Source: Candidatus Babeliales bacterium
Lineage (GTDB): Bacteria; Babelota; Babeliae; Babelales; JACPOV01
Assembly (NCBI GenBank): GCA_050250855.1
Contig: JBFWNW010000004.1
Span: forward strand, 64,001-128,000
Direction: 5' to 3'
Length of the DNA: 64,000 nucleotides
Shown one piece after another: positions 51,328-60,676 of this stretch. The first letter of the stretch is position 1. Each line of letters opens with the position of its first letter. The notes below the pieces were generated by a model, which was given only the letters and a program-made list of their open reading frames with translations, was not told where the DNA came from and did not search any database. The position numbers were made by a program, and so were the translations under genes.

Positions 51328-53247
51328 GTGGCATCAAAACAATTTTTGTTGAATACTGTTCAACATATTCTTATTTTCATATTTTTTATCGCGTGTTTTT
51401 TTCTTGGATCATTTTTTTACATTATTCATTATCAACGTATAGATTTTTCAGCTTTAGAACATTATAATCCTGGAAAACCATCACTTGTGCTTGATGATGA
51501 AGGGCACGAATGGACACGTTTTGCGCTTGACCGTCGAGAGCCAATTAATTTACAAAAAGCACCACAGCATTTGCTTGATGCATTCATTGCAGCAGAGGAT
51601 CATTATTTTTGGTCCCATTATGGTATTTCTGTGCGCGGTATTTTCCGTTCATTACTTATAAATTGTTATCATGGCAGAATTGTGCAAGGTGCCAGTACCA
51701 TTACGCAGCAATTGGTCAAACTTCTTTTTTTTGATGCACGCAAAACATATGGTAGAAAATTAAAAGAGCAAATTTATGCGCTCTTGGTTGAGCTACAATT
51801 TAGCAAAGACCATATTTTGCAAACGTATATGAATCACGTTTATTTTGGTTGCGGTATTTATGGCGTGGAAGCAGCAGCGCAACGTTTTTGGGGAAAGTCT
51901 GCGTGTGAGCTTTCTATCGATCAAGCAGCTATGCTTGCAGCTATTGTAAAATCGCCTGGGCAGTATTGCCCTTTATTATATCCTTTGAGTGCGCGCAAGC
52001 GACGTGATGTTGTATTATCTTCTATGTACAGTTTGGGTTCAATTTCTTATGAGGATTATTTGCAAGCAAAAGAAGCGCCATTAGAACTTATTGAATATGG
52101 TGGCGATACAATAGCACCACACTTAAAAGAAACATTGCGTGTATTTTTAGAATCATTATGCGGCAGAGAGCAGTTATATACTGGCGGCCTTACTATACAA
52201 ACAACTATTAATAGATCATTGCAGCTGCATGCACAAGAAGTATTTAAGATGCAATTAGAGGAATTAAAAAAAACTATACATCCAGCTGTTGATGGTTCTT
52301 TGCTTTGTATGAAAACAAAAACAGGAGAAATAAAAGCTCTCATTGGCGGCTATGATTTTACGCAATCACAATTTAACCGAGCATTGCAAGCGAAACGACA
52401 GTTTGGTTCAATTTTTAAAACATTTGTCTATGCAGCAGCATTACAAGAAGGAAAACATTTTGCGCAAACAGCGCTTGATGAACCGATTGCTATTGGCAAT
52501 GATAATGTCTGGCAACCGCAAAATAATACGCGCCAGTATGAAGGGGAAATGACACTTGCGCGCGCATTATCCCACTCTAATAATATTATTACTATCAAAA
52601 CTTTATTGCAGATTGGTGTTGATAAAGTAGTTGCTCTGGCAAAAAAATTACGCTTATCAGGAGAAATTCTTTCGTATCCATCTTTAGCATTAGGATGTAT
52701 TGATGGTACACTCAAAGAAGCAGTAGGTATGTTTAATATTTTTGCTAATCATGGCATGTACGTTGAGCCTCATTATCTTTTGTGGGTTAAAGATTCTTTA
52801 GGAACAAAGATTTGGAAAAAGCGAGTTGATTCAGAAAGAATTTTAAGCAATTTTGTCACAAGTCAAGTTACCAAAGTATTGGCAATAGGAATGTCGCGTA
52901 TTAAGAATCGTTATGAAAATTCATGGATTGATGCTGAGGCAATTGGCAAAACGGGAACAACAAATGAATGCCGCACCAACTGGTTTTGTGGTTCTACGCC
53001 AGAATATACTACAGGCTTGTATATAGGAACTGATGATAATCGATCCATGGGTAAACATATTTATGCAGTGCGCACGGCATTTCCCATCTGGCTTAATTTG
53101 TATAGAAATATTTGCAATGGTACAAAAAATTTTACGTATGATCCGCAGCTTAAAGAAATCTTTATTGATAACAGAACCGGTAAACGTGTTGCTGCAAAAA
53201 ATAGTCCAAGAATTTTTCCTATTTTAATTCCTGAGGAGTTTGCTTAA
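51328..53247 (+). CDS. Class A penicillin-binding protein (PBP1A family)
   Basis: AAED..F..H.G, GASTITQQL, RKLKE; SxxK (SIFK), SNN, KTG; GTG at 51328 likely start. Confidence 0.95.
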   Translation: MASKQFLLNTVQHILIFIFFIACFFLGSFFYIIHYQRIDFSALEHYNPGKPSLVLDDEGHEWTRFALDRREPINLQKAPQHLLDAFIAAEDHYFWSHYGISVRGIFRSLLINCYHGRIVQGASTITQQLVKLLFFDARKTYGRKLKEQIYALLVELQFSKDHILQTYMNHVYFGCGIYGVEAAAQRFWGKSACELSIDQAAMLAAIVKSPGQYCPLLYPLSARKRRDVVLSSMYSLGSISYEDYLQAKEAPLELIEYGGDTIAPHLKETLRVFLESLCGREQLYTGGLTIQTTINRSLQLHAQEVFKMQLEELKKTIHPAVDGSLLCMKTKTGEIKALIGGYDFTQSQFNRALQAKRQFGSIFKTFVYAAALQEGKHFAQTALDEPIAIGNDNVWQPQNNTRQYEGEMTLARALSHSNNIITIKTLLQIGVDKVVALAKKLRLSGEILSYPSLALGCIDGTLKEAVGMFNIFANHGMYVEPHYLLWVKDSLGTKIWKKRVDSERILSNFVTSQVTKVLAIGMSRIKNRYENSWIDAEAIGKTGTTNECRTNWFCGSTPEYTTGLYIGTDDNRSMGKHIYAVRTAFPIWLNLYRNICNGTKNFTYDPQLKEIFIDNRTGKRVAAKNSPRIFPILIPEEFA

Positions 53248-54310
53248 GGAGTTTTTGTATCGTTTCAAAAAAGAGATGCGGATTGTGCATGATTTCACGT
53301 TGATGCATCATATACATCAGTGCTGGAAATTCATGACAAAGAGCACGAGCATTATCAACTTGATGATCCGTTATTTTTGTTTCGAGCGGAATAATGAGAC
53401 ATGGCTTTTTGAAAAACAGTGCTTCAAAAAGTGTTCCTGCGCCTGCTCGGCAGATAATAATATCAGCAGCTTGATAAAAATGTTCAAGTGATGAGCTGAA
53501 GGTAAAAACGTATGCTGTTATATTTTTTTGAGCATAGAGTCCTTGCCATGGCGTTGCATCATTGCTTCCTGTCTGGTGAATAATTTGAATAGTAGTAGCA
53601 AGAGAGGTTTCATACTCAATCCATTGTTTTACAAGATTATTAAGGCTGACAGAGCCTTGAGAGCCTCCCAAAATAAATACAGTTTTTTTTGAATTACTTA
53701 AGTGCAATGCTGTACGAGCTTTATTTTGATCTTTTGTTAGTGATTCATGAAACTGCAGAGGATAAGAACGGTATTGTACTTTATCTATAGGAAATGATGC
53801 TAAAGCTTTTTTAAAGGGAACAAAAATAGTTTTAGCCAAAGGTGCTAACATGCGTGTTGCTTTTCCCGGCAGTGCATTTAACTCATAGAGGGTGATGGGA
53901 ATGCGCAATAATTTTGCTGCAATGCAAACAGGAAGTGAAACATAGCCGCCCGTACTTATTACTTCAGACGGTCTGTATTTATGTAAAAGAGAAAGACTTT
54001 TTATGATGCACCATGCTAAACGAATGCAATAGCCAGGAACTCCAAAAAGAGAACGAGGAACATTCTCCAACTGTAATGGAATGTGTACGGTGACTTCATT
54101 ATTTTCTTGAATAATCTTTTTATCAAGTTCATAATGTGTTGAAAAAAAGAGTATAGTGCTTTCTGGATACGTTTCTTTGTACTCTTTTGCCAGCGTGAGA
54201 GCTGGCTTTATATGGCCACCAGATCTTCCGGCAACAAAGCAAATACTATTGTTTCCATGTACGCATGAGGCTGATACATTTTTCTTTTTGTTGTTCATTG
54301 CAGTTTCCAT
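53219..54310 (-). CDS. murG: MurG glycosyltransferase
   Basis: AGRSGGHI, TGGYVS, ELN, GGSQG, RAGAGT, HQVDNA; exact start uncertain. Confidence 0.92.
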   Translation of the reverse strand: METAMNNKKKNVSASCVHGNNSICFVAGRSGGHIKPALTLAKEYKETYPESTILFFSTHYELDKKIIQENNEVTVHIPLQLENVPRSLFGVPGYCIRLAWCIIKSLSLLHKYRPSEVISTGGYVSLPVCIAAKLLRIPITLYELNALPGKATRMLAPLAKTIFVPFKKALASFPIDKVQYRSYPLQFHESLTKDQNKARTALHLSNSKKTVFILGGSQGSVSLNNLVKQWIEYETSLATTIQIIHQTGSNDATPWQGLYAQKNITAYVFTFSSSLEHFYQAADIIICRAGAGTLFEALFFKKPCLIIPLETKITDHQVDNARALCHEFPALMYMMHQREIMHNPHLFFETIQKLLKQTPQELK

Positions 54311-55886
54311 TTAACGCTTTTTGTAAAGTATTTGTTGCCAGATTTTTTTTGCCTTGCGCAAAAAGAGCTTTAGCACAATGTTTTTGTATATGAAAATCAT
54401 GCGGTGCTTTTTGCGCTAGCCAGGTAAGAAGTGTTGCTGCTTGGTGTAATTTACCTTGTTTGTACCAGATTATTGCCTGGGTATCTAGGTAATGTACATT
54501 ATCTTTATTATTTGCTAATGCTTGTTCTATAAGTTTTTGAGCTTTATCAAACTGCTTTTCTTTGCTTGCATAAAAGTATGCAGCCAAGTTTAATAAAGGA
54601 GCAAAATTTGCTTTAAGCGCTAGAGCATAATCTAAAATTTGTTTAAGGGCTGTATAATCCTTCGTGTCAAAATAAATTGATGCTAATTGATAAGCGATTT
54701 TTGTTTTTAATGCAACATCACGTGCCAATGAAAGACCTTTTTTAAGAGATTTCGTAGCTTTATCAAGTGATTTGTCTTTTAAATACATATCGGTGACATA
54801 GAGGTTTGCAAGCAAAGAAGTGCCACTTTTTTGCTCAAGACGCTCAAATAGAGCAATTATAGTTTCCCTTTCAACGTGTGCTTGATATAAAAGATGAGCT
54901 GCGCGGTACCATAATAGTTCTTTAGGCTCTTTGGTGATCCATTGCTCAAGTAAAGCAATTGCTTCGTTTGGTTGTGCAAGTGCACAGAGTAGTTCAATTT
55001 TTAAAAGCCGTGCCTGTTTATAGGTTGGATTTATTGCAAGGCATTTTTCTATTCTATGGAGAGCAAGAGAATACTGACGTTGGTGATACAGTACTAATGA
55101 TTCTTCAAAAAGTTTTTTGAGCTGTTCTTGTTGGCCTCCGGCTTGTTTTTGTCTGATGGTAAGATTGAGAAGTTGTTGTTCTATAGCACTATCGTGCCCA
55201 ACGATATGTAAGAAATTACGATAGCCAGCAATGGCTTGTTCAAGATTTCCTTCTAATTCATATAAAAGACCAGACAAAAGCCATCCTTGATCAAAAGATG
55301 GATTAAGTGTTAAGCATTTACTTAAACATTGGCGTGAAAGTTCAATATTATTATTTTGAGCAGCGATTTGTGCTTTTAAATAATAAAAAATAAAGTGAGT
55401 TGGTTTTTCAATCGTGCTTTTTAAATAGTGATCTATAACTTCAACAGCTTGATCTGATTTTTTATTACGCATGTGCGCAAGCGTTGCTCCATAGACAACT
55501 TCTGGGTGCGTGTTAAAACTATCAAGTAAGGCTATTATTTTTTGTTCAGCTTCTTTATGCTTGCCAACTAATTCAAGTGCTTTTACAAAAATGAGCTGAA
55601 TTTCCAAATTATCTTTCAGCTGTGTATCAACTTTATGAATCAGGTCAGCGATTTTTTTATATTGTTTTGATAAAAAAAGATAATCAATATAGCCAGGGTA
55701 TACATGAGCTGGTGCATTATCTGTTATAAGGGTATCAAAACATTTTTTGCTTATAGTATGATTTTTTTCATGCACATTATAACTGCCCCATATATACAGT
55801 AAATAAGGATTTAATGAAACGTCATCTTTTTCTAATGCTAACAATGAGACTGGTGCAAGAACAGACAATAACCATATATGCTTCAT
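54246..55886 (-). CDS. Secreted tetratricopeptide-repeat protein
   Basis: Signal peptide; many TPR-like helices; LLNLAAYFYA...YLDT. Confidence 0.85.
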   Translation of the reverse strand: MKHIWLLSVLAPVSLLALEKDDVSLNPYLLYIWGSYNVHEKNHTISKKCFDTLITDNAPAHVYPGYIDYLFLSKQYKKIADLIHKVDTQLKDNLEIQLIFVKALELVGKHKEAEQKIIALLDSFNTHPEVVYGATLAHMRNKKSDQAVEVIDHYLKSTIEKPTHFIFYYLKAQIAAQNNNIELSRQCLSKCLTLNPSFDQGWLLSGLLYELEGNLEQAIAGYRNFLHIVGHDSAIEQQLLNLTIRQKQAGGQQEQLKKLFEESLVLYHQRQYSLALHRIEKCLAINPTYKQARLLKIELLCALAQPNEAIALLEQWITKEPKELLWYRAAHLLYQAHVERETIIALFERLEQKSGTSLLANLYVTDMYLKDKSLDKATKSLKKGLSLARDVALKTKIAYQLASIYFDTKDYTALKQILDYALALKANFAPLLNLAAYFYASKEKQFDKAQKLIEQALANNKDNVHYLDTQAIIWYKQGKLHQAATLLTWLAQKAPHDFHIQKHCAKALFAQGKKNLATNTLQKALNGNCNEQQKEKCISLMRTWKQ

Positions 55887-56320
55887 TCTTTCTCCTGGTA
55901 ACAACGAATAAGAAACTTTTTAAGAACATCTCTTAAATGTTCATCTTTGATGTTAGCCAAAGCATCATTCTCTTGCTGCGTTAATAGTATTTTTGTTTCA
56001 GGATTTACTTTTTGAGAAAATTCTTTGCCAGTTTCTTTATTTTTTTTTCTACCTACTTGTTTAAAGCGTAAACGTTTTATGCGTGGTTGGTCTAGATTTG
56101 CGTTAATTGTTTGAAGAATTACAGGAGTTAATAGGTATAATTCTTGCATCCAACTAGAATCATATACGCCTAAAACAAGCATATCATCTTCTATTTTTTC
56201 TAAGGTAACTCGCTCGCGCAACGTGCCAATAATAGTAGGCCATTGTTGAAGCAAGAGAGCTTTCCAATTTTTTTGTTCGGCAATGTATGAGGTGAGGAAT
56301 TCTTTTATTAAATGTGGCAT
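55883..56320 (-). CDS. dciA: DUF721/DciA-family protein
   Basis: QWPTIIG, LVLGVYDSSWMQEL, ILQTIN, IKRLRF; ATG at 56320. Confidence 0.8.
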   Translation of the reverse strand: MPHLIKEFLTSYIAEQKNWKALLLQQWPTIIGTLRERVTLEKIEDDMLVLGVYDSSWMQELYLLTPVILQTINANLDQPRIKRLRFKQVGRKKNKETGKEFSQKVNPETKILLTQQENDALANIKDEHLRDVLKKFLIRCYQEKE

Positions 56321-56462
56321 AGTATAAGTGTAAACGGTGCCAAAAAAAGCTTCAATGAAAATGTTTTTTAAAAGCAAAATTTTTGACATTTTATATAATT
56401 GTCAGTATATCTAAACATGATTTTTTTTAACTATAATCCTATAATTCCCAAGGGGGCATTTT

Positions 56463-56774
56463 ATGAAAAAAATATTTTTTTCCTTATTATGTTTGAGTGC
56501 AACGGGGTTGTATGCAACCGTTCCTGATCAAACAGGTATAGAAGATGAACAAAAAGGAAAAGAGAATAAAGAACATAGTAGTAGAGAAGTTATAGGTATT
56601 ACCATTGTTACTAATAACCAAGAAAGTGATCCGGTGTATACGTATTATTTATGGCCGGGAAGCAGCAGTCCTATAGAGTATTATACTGTGGGTATTCAGG
56701 TAAATAATTCTAGTAATAGCTCTCCAAACTCTATGACGGGAAGTTTTACTGAATTTCCATCATCAAGTAAATAA
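56463..56774 (+). CDS. Hypothetical small secreted protein
   Basis: MKKIFFSLLCL signal; Ser-rich tail. Confidence 0.6.
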   Translation: MKKIFFSLLCLSATGLYATVPDQTGIEDEQKGKENKEHSSREVIGITIVTNNQESDPVYTYYLWPGSSSPIEYYTVGIQVNNSSNSSPNSMTGSFTEFPSSSK

Positions 56775-56789
56775 GAATTAAATGGTGAG

Positions 56790-57236
56790 ATGGTAATGAA
56801 AGATTTTGAACAACTGCCACATACTGCTGATTTAAAAATTAGAGTGTACGGTTCTTCATTACAAGAGCTCTTTAAGCATGCACTAATTGGTATGTTTCAA
56901 AGCATAGGGCCGCAATCCTCAGCATGTGTTCGTAAAGATGATCGCTTAGTGTGTCAAGAACTTCCTGTGCATCATGAAGTTGCTATCAAAGCATCAACCA
57001 AAGAATCACTTTTGGTCGATTTTTTATCAGAAGCATTATATCTTTCTGATGTGCATAATGAAGCATATTTGGATGTTGCTATTACTGATTTTAATGAACA
57101 TCATATTAAAGCTACTTTGTATGGTATCAAAATTGATCGCTTTGATGTTGTTGAAATAAAAGCAGTAACGTATCATGATCTAGAAATAAAACATCACGAT
57201 ACTCAGTGGCAGGCTGATATTGTGTTTGATATTTAA
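56790..57236 (+). CDS. Archease
   Basis: HTADL, DFLSE, EIKAVTYH, C-terminal VFDI. Confidence 0.95.
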   Translation: MVMKDFEQLPHTADLKIRVYGSSLQELFKHALIGMFQSIGPQSSACVRKDDRLVCQELPVHHEVAIKASTKESLLVDFLSEALYLSDVHNEAYLDVAITDFNEHHIKATLYGIKIDRFDVVEIKAVTYHDLEIKHHDTQWQADIVFDI

Positions 57237-57245
57237 GGAGAGTGC

Positions 57246-58703
57246 ATGGCTCAAGAAATTACCCGTAAAGATCTTATTAAAATTGATGATGTTACGTACG
57301 AAATTCCAAAAACATTTCGTTCTGATATGCGTGTTCCTGCGCGTGTATTTGTCAATGAAGAAATGCTTGAGGATGTATTGCAAGATAGATCTTTGCTTCA
57401 ACTTGTTAATGTAGCAACATTGCCGGGCATAGCGCATTATGCGTTTGCAATGCCAGATATTCACCAAGGATATGGATTTCCTATAGGTGGCGTTGCTGCC
57501 TTAGTGTTGGAAGATGGTGGCGTTATTTCTCCTGGTGGTATTGGCTACGATATTAATTGTGGTGTTCGTTTATTGGTTGCTAATATAACAAAAGATGAAA
57601 TACAACCTTATCTTGAGCGTTTGGCAACGGATCTTTTTCATGCAGTTCCTTCTGGCGTTGGTAGAGGTGGTTCATTAAAACTTTCTATGGCAGATCTTGA
57701 TAAAGTTTTGCGTGGTGGTGCTCGCAGAATGCTTGAGCTTGGTCATGGTTCTGAACGAGATTTAGAATTTTGTGAAGAGAGTGGGCACATGGCAGGAGCA
57801 GATCCTGATGCTGTTTCTGAACGCGCAAAAAAGCGTGGTATTGATCAATTAGGAACACTTGGTTCAGGAAATCATTTTCTTGAAGTGCAAGCCGTTGAGG
57901 AAATTTATGATAAAGAAGCGGCACAAGTTTTTGGCCTTACTGAAGGTGCTATAACCGTTATGATTCATTGTGGATCACGAGGCTTGGGTCACCAAGTATG
58001 TACTGATTATGTACGTGAAATGATGCCAATGCTGGAGCAATTTAATATAGCATTACCTGACAAAGAACTTGTCTGTGCGCCATTTAAATCTGATGTTGCA
58101 CAAAACTATTTTGCCGCAATGCAAGCTGCTGCTAATTTTGCATGGGCAAACAGGCATATGATTATGTGCTGGGTGCGGCAAGCGTGGCAAAAAGTATTAG
58201 GAAAAGACGCCCATTTAAATTTGGTGTACGATCTTTCTCATAATATGGGAAAAGTTGAAAAACATCGCGTTAATGGTAATGAAAAAGCTGTTATCATACA
58301 TCGCAAAGGAGCAACCCGTTCTTTTGGGCCTGGTAGTGCTGAAATTCCTTCTTTGTATCGTAACGTTGGCCAACCGGTATTAATTCCCGGTACTATGGGA
58401 ACAAGTTCATATGTGCTTGCTGGCATGCAAGAAAGTATGGGAATTTCCTTTGGCAGTTGTTGTCATGGAGCAGGGCGTAAATTATCGCGTGCGCAAGCAA
58501 AAAGAGAAGTGCGCGGTTCTCAACTGCGCGAAGTTTTACAACAACGGGGTATTATTATCCGCAGTGATTCAGATCCTGGTTTGGCAGAAGAGGCTCCGAT
58601 GGCCTACAAAGATGTTGACAGTGTAGTGCGTGTCGTTGAAAAGGCTCATATTGCAAAACGCGTTGCACGCGTAGTGCCATTAGCGGTTATTAAAGGGGGC
58701 TAG
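57246..58703 (+). CDS. rtcB: RtcB RNA ligase (long, archease-associated type)
   Basis: MPDIHQGYGFPIGGV, GYDINCGVR, GSGNHFLE, IHCGSRG, HN, HRKGATR, PGTMG, HGAGR, EEAP.AYK. Confidence 0.97.
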   Translation: MAQEITRKDLIKIDDVTYEIPKTFRSDMRVPARVFVNEEMLEDVLQDRSLLQLVNVATLPGIAHYAFAMPDIHQGYGFPIGGVAALVLEDGGVISPGGIGYDINCGVRLLVANITKDEIQPYLERLATDLFHAVPSGVGRGGSLKLSMADLDKVLRGGARRMLELGHGSERDLEFCEESGHMAGADPDAVSERAKKRGIDQLGTLGSGNHFLEVQAVEEIYDKEAAQVFGLTEGAITVMIHCGSRGLGHQVCTDYVREMMPMLEQFNIALPDKELVCAPFKSDVAQNYFAAMQAAANFAWANRHMIMCWVRQAWQKVLGKDAHLNLVYDLSHNMGKVEKHRVNGNEKAVIIHRKGATRSFGPGSAEIPSLYRNVGQPVLIPGTMGTSSYVLAGMQESMGISFGSCCHGAGRKLSRAQAKREVRGSQLREVLQQRGIIIRSDSDPGLAEEAPMAYKDVDSVVRVVEKAHIAKRVARVVPLAVIKGG

Positions 58704-58742
58704 TAGTAATAAGCACTTTAATTTTACCAACAGGAGTTTTCT

Positions 58743-59216
58743 ATGCTTAAAAAAGTGTTTGTCGTTTTGTTATTTAGTAGTTCATTTTTGTATAGCAGTG
58801 ATACTGAAAATAAAGAGGGATGTAAGATAATAGGTATGCCATGGCAACAAGATTATAGAGCAACCCTTAATTCTTTGAAGTCAGAGGCAGACTATCATTC
58901 TTTCAATATAGTTGGACTAGATCAAGAAAAATTTAAATTTTTAAAAAAGTTATATACAGTTGATACGACAAACTTTTTAATTAAACCTACCAAGTTTGAG
59001 AAAGATAGCTTTTCATCTCTTGAAGAAAAAAATGGCACAACCTGGCAAGCAACGAATGATTTTATAAAAATATTGTTGCTCATGGGAGTATTCATTAAAA
59101 GCCATGGCGATGATCCAAGTATCTTGCAAAAAGGTAATGGCATTCTTTTGACAGCGATTGAATTTCTTGAAAAGGAAACAAAAACTGCTCAAGAGTTATC
59201 GCTGCATAAAGAGTAA
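58743..59216 (+). CDS. Hypothetical secreted protein
   Basis: AGGAG RBS; MLKKVFVVLLFSSSFLYS signal. Confidence 0.7.
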   Translation: MLKKVFVVLLFSSSFLYSSDTENKEGCKIIGMPWQQDYRATLNSLKSEADYHSFNIVGLDQEKFKFLKKLYTVDTTNFLIKPTKFEKDSFSSLEEKNGTTWQATNDFIKILLLMGVFIKSHGDDPSILQKGNGILLTAIEFLEKETKTAQELSLHKE

Positions 59217-59954
59217 ATAAAGGTTTTTCCAAAATAATTTACTACTACCAGGCATAGGAGGTTTTTCTAAACTTCTTTGCAAAAGAGCGATAATTTCCTG
59301 TGCTTTCATTTGTTGCTTTTGATTGGTATGCTCTTGCGCGTAAACAGTTTCCCAATGTTGTAAAAGAATATCAAGAAGCTCTAGCGTTTCTCGTTCTGAA
59401 ATATTTTTCTGCTCAAGAGCTTGCTGATAGGTTGACGCATCAGGCAGTGAGAGGTTTTTAAACCAATGTACTATTTCATGGTGAATTAGATTATCTGCTT
59501 TAAAAGTTTCAATTTGCTGTATAATGCAGCGAGATTTAATAGTAGGAACAATATATTCACTGCGTTCTGCAAGTAAGATAAAGTGATATCCCTTTGGGGG
59601 TTCTTCCATAATTTTTAATAAAGCATTGGCACAGGACTGATTGAAAAAGTCTGCTTTTTGTATAACAAAAACAAAATGCTTATCCTGCTCAAGAGCAAAT
59701 GATGCTGTTTTAAAAATAGGCTCGAGCTGCTCAAGGGTATAATTTTTTTCAGGGTTTACCCAGAGCATGTAAGGAAATTGACGTTCTAGTATTTGTTTGC
59801 ATACAAAACACGAGCCACAACCTTTTTGAGCACAAAAAAGTTTTTGCAGATACCGTTCTGTATGTTCCACTATGACATTTTCTGGCCCGAGCCAGAGATG
59901 CGCAGGGTTATAAAAAAAATCTTTTAAGCGATCAGATTGTTGGTTTTTATCCAT
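59196..59954 (-). CDS. holB: DNA polymerase III delta' subunit-like (short)
   Basis: C..GCGSCFVC, ANALLKIMEEPP, PTIKSRC; follows tmk. Confidence 0.85.
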   Translation of the reverse strand: MDKNQQSDRLKDFFYNPAHLWLGPENVIVEHTERYLQKLFCAQKGCGSCFVCKQILERQFPYMLWVNPEKNYTLEQLEPIFKTASFALEQDKHFVFVIQKADFFNQSCANALLKIMEEPPKGYHFILLAERSEYIVPTIKSRCIIQQIETFKADNLIHHEIVHWFKNLSLPDASTYQQALEQKNISERETLELLDILLQHWETVYAQEHTNQKQQMKAQEIIALLQRSLEKPPMPGSSKLFWKNLYLLFMQR

Positions 59955-60565
59955 GAAAGTACTTTGTTATAGGCTTGTTTGGCAATATCTTCTGGTGTTA
60001 ATGTTCCATCAAGAATTATAACATCTTGGCGATTATTATAAAGATCTTCAAAGCCATTAATGAGTTTATTAAAAAATTCTAAAGGTTCTTGATCAAAGGC
60101 GCTTAATTTTCCACGTGCATGTAATCTTTTTTGTGCTGTTTGCGCATCAATTTTAACGTAGAGTGTTAAATCTGGTTTTATACCATCCATGGCCCAATTA
60201 TTAACTGTTTTTAGCGTTGCATTATCAAGGCCTCGTCCGTATCCTTGGTACACAAGCGAAGAATCTGCCATGCGATCAGAAATAATTAAACTACGTTCTT
60301 TTTGTGCTGGTTTAATAACTTCAGTAAAATGTTGCGCTCGGTCAGCAGCAAATAATAAAAATTCTGCCTTGGGATCTATAGGGACTGTTTTTTCTTGCAA
60401 AACTTTTCTGATATGTTTGCCAAGATGAGAGCCACCTGGTTCTTTGGTAAGGAGTACGGGGCTCAAGAGCTCGGTAAAATGAGTATACAGATTTTGAGCC
60501 AAGACTGTTTTGCCAGAACCATCAATGCCTTCTAAAACAATCAAGACACTTTTTGTAAGGAGCAT
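59924..60565 (-). CDS. tmk: Thymidylate kinase
   Basis: LEGIDGSGKT, KEPGG, LFAADRAQH, SDR, YQGYGRG, PDLT. Confidence 0.97.
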   Translation of the reverse strand: MLLTKSVLIVLEGIDGSGKTVLAQNLYTHFTELLSPVLLTKEPGGSHLGKHIRKVLQEKTVPIDPKAEFLLFAADRAQHFTEVIKPAQKERSLIISDRMADSSLVYQGYGRGLDNATLKTVNNWAMDGIKPDLTLYVKIDAQTAQKRLHARGKLSAFDQEPLEFFNKLINGFEDLYNNRQDVIILDGTLTPEDIAKQAYNKVLSWIKTNNLIA

Positions 60566-60676
60566 AACGATCCTATGAATAGTTTTTAGCAGTTTACTGC
60601 AGTTTATTGATTAATTAGTTAAAAACGTTATGGTAAAGTATACCAAAAAAGTGAATATATGCACAGGAGTCTCTCT

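Noticed and set aside
56384..56404. TGACA-N11-TGTCA palindrome as operator for the archease-rtcB unit
   Set aside because: Single occurrence, explainable as back-to-back -35 elements of divergent promoters
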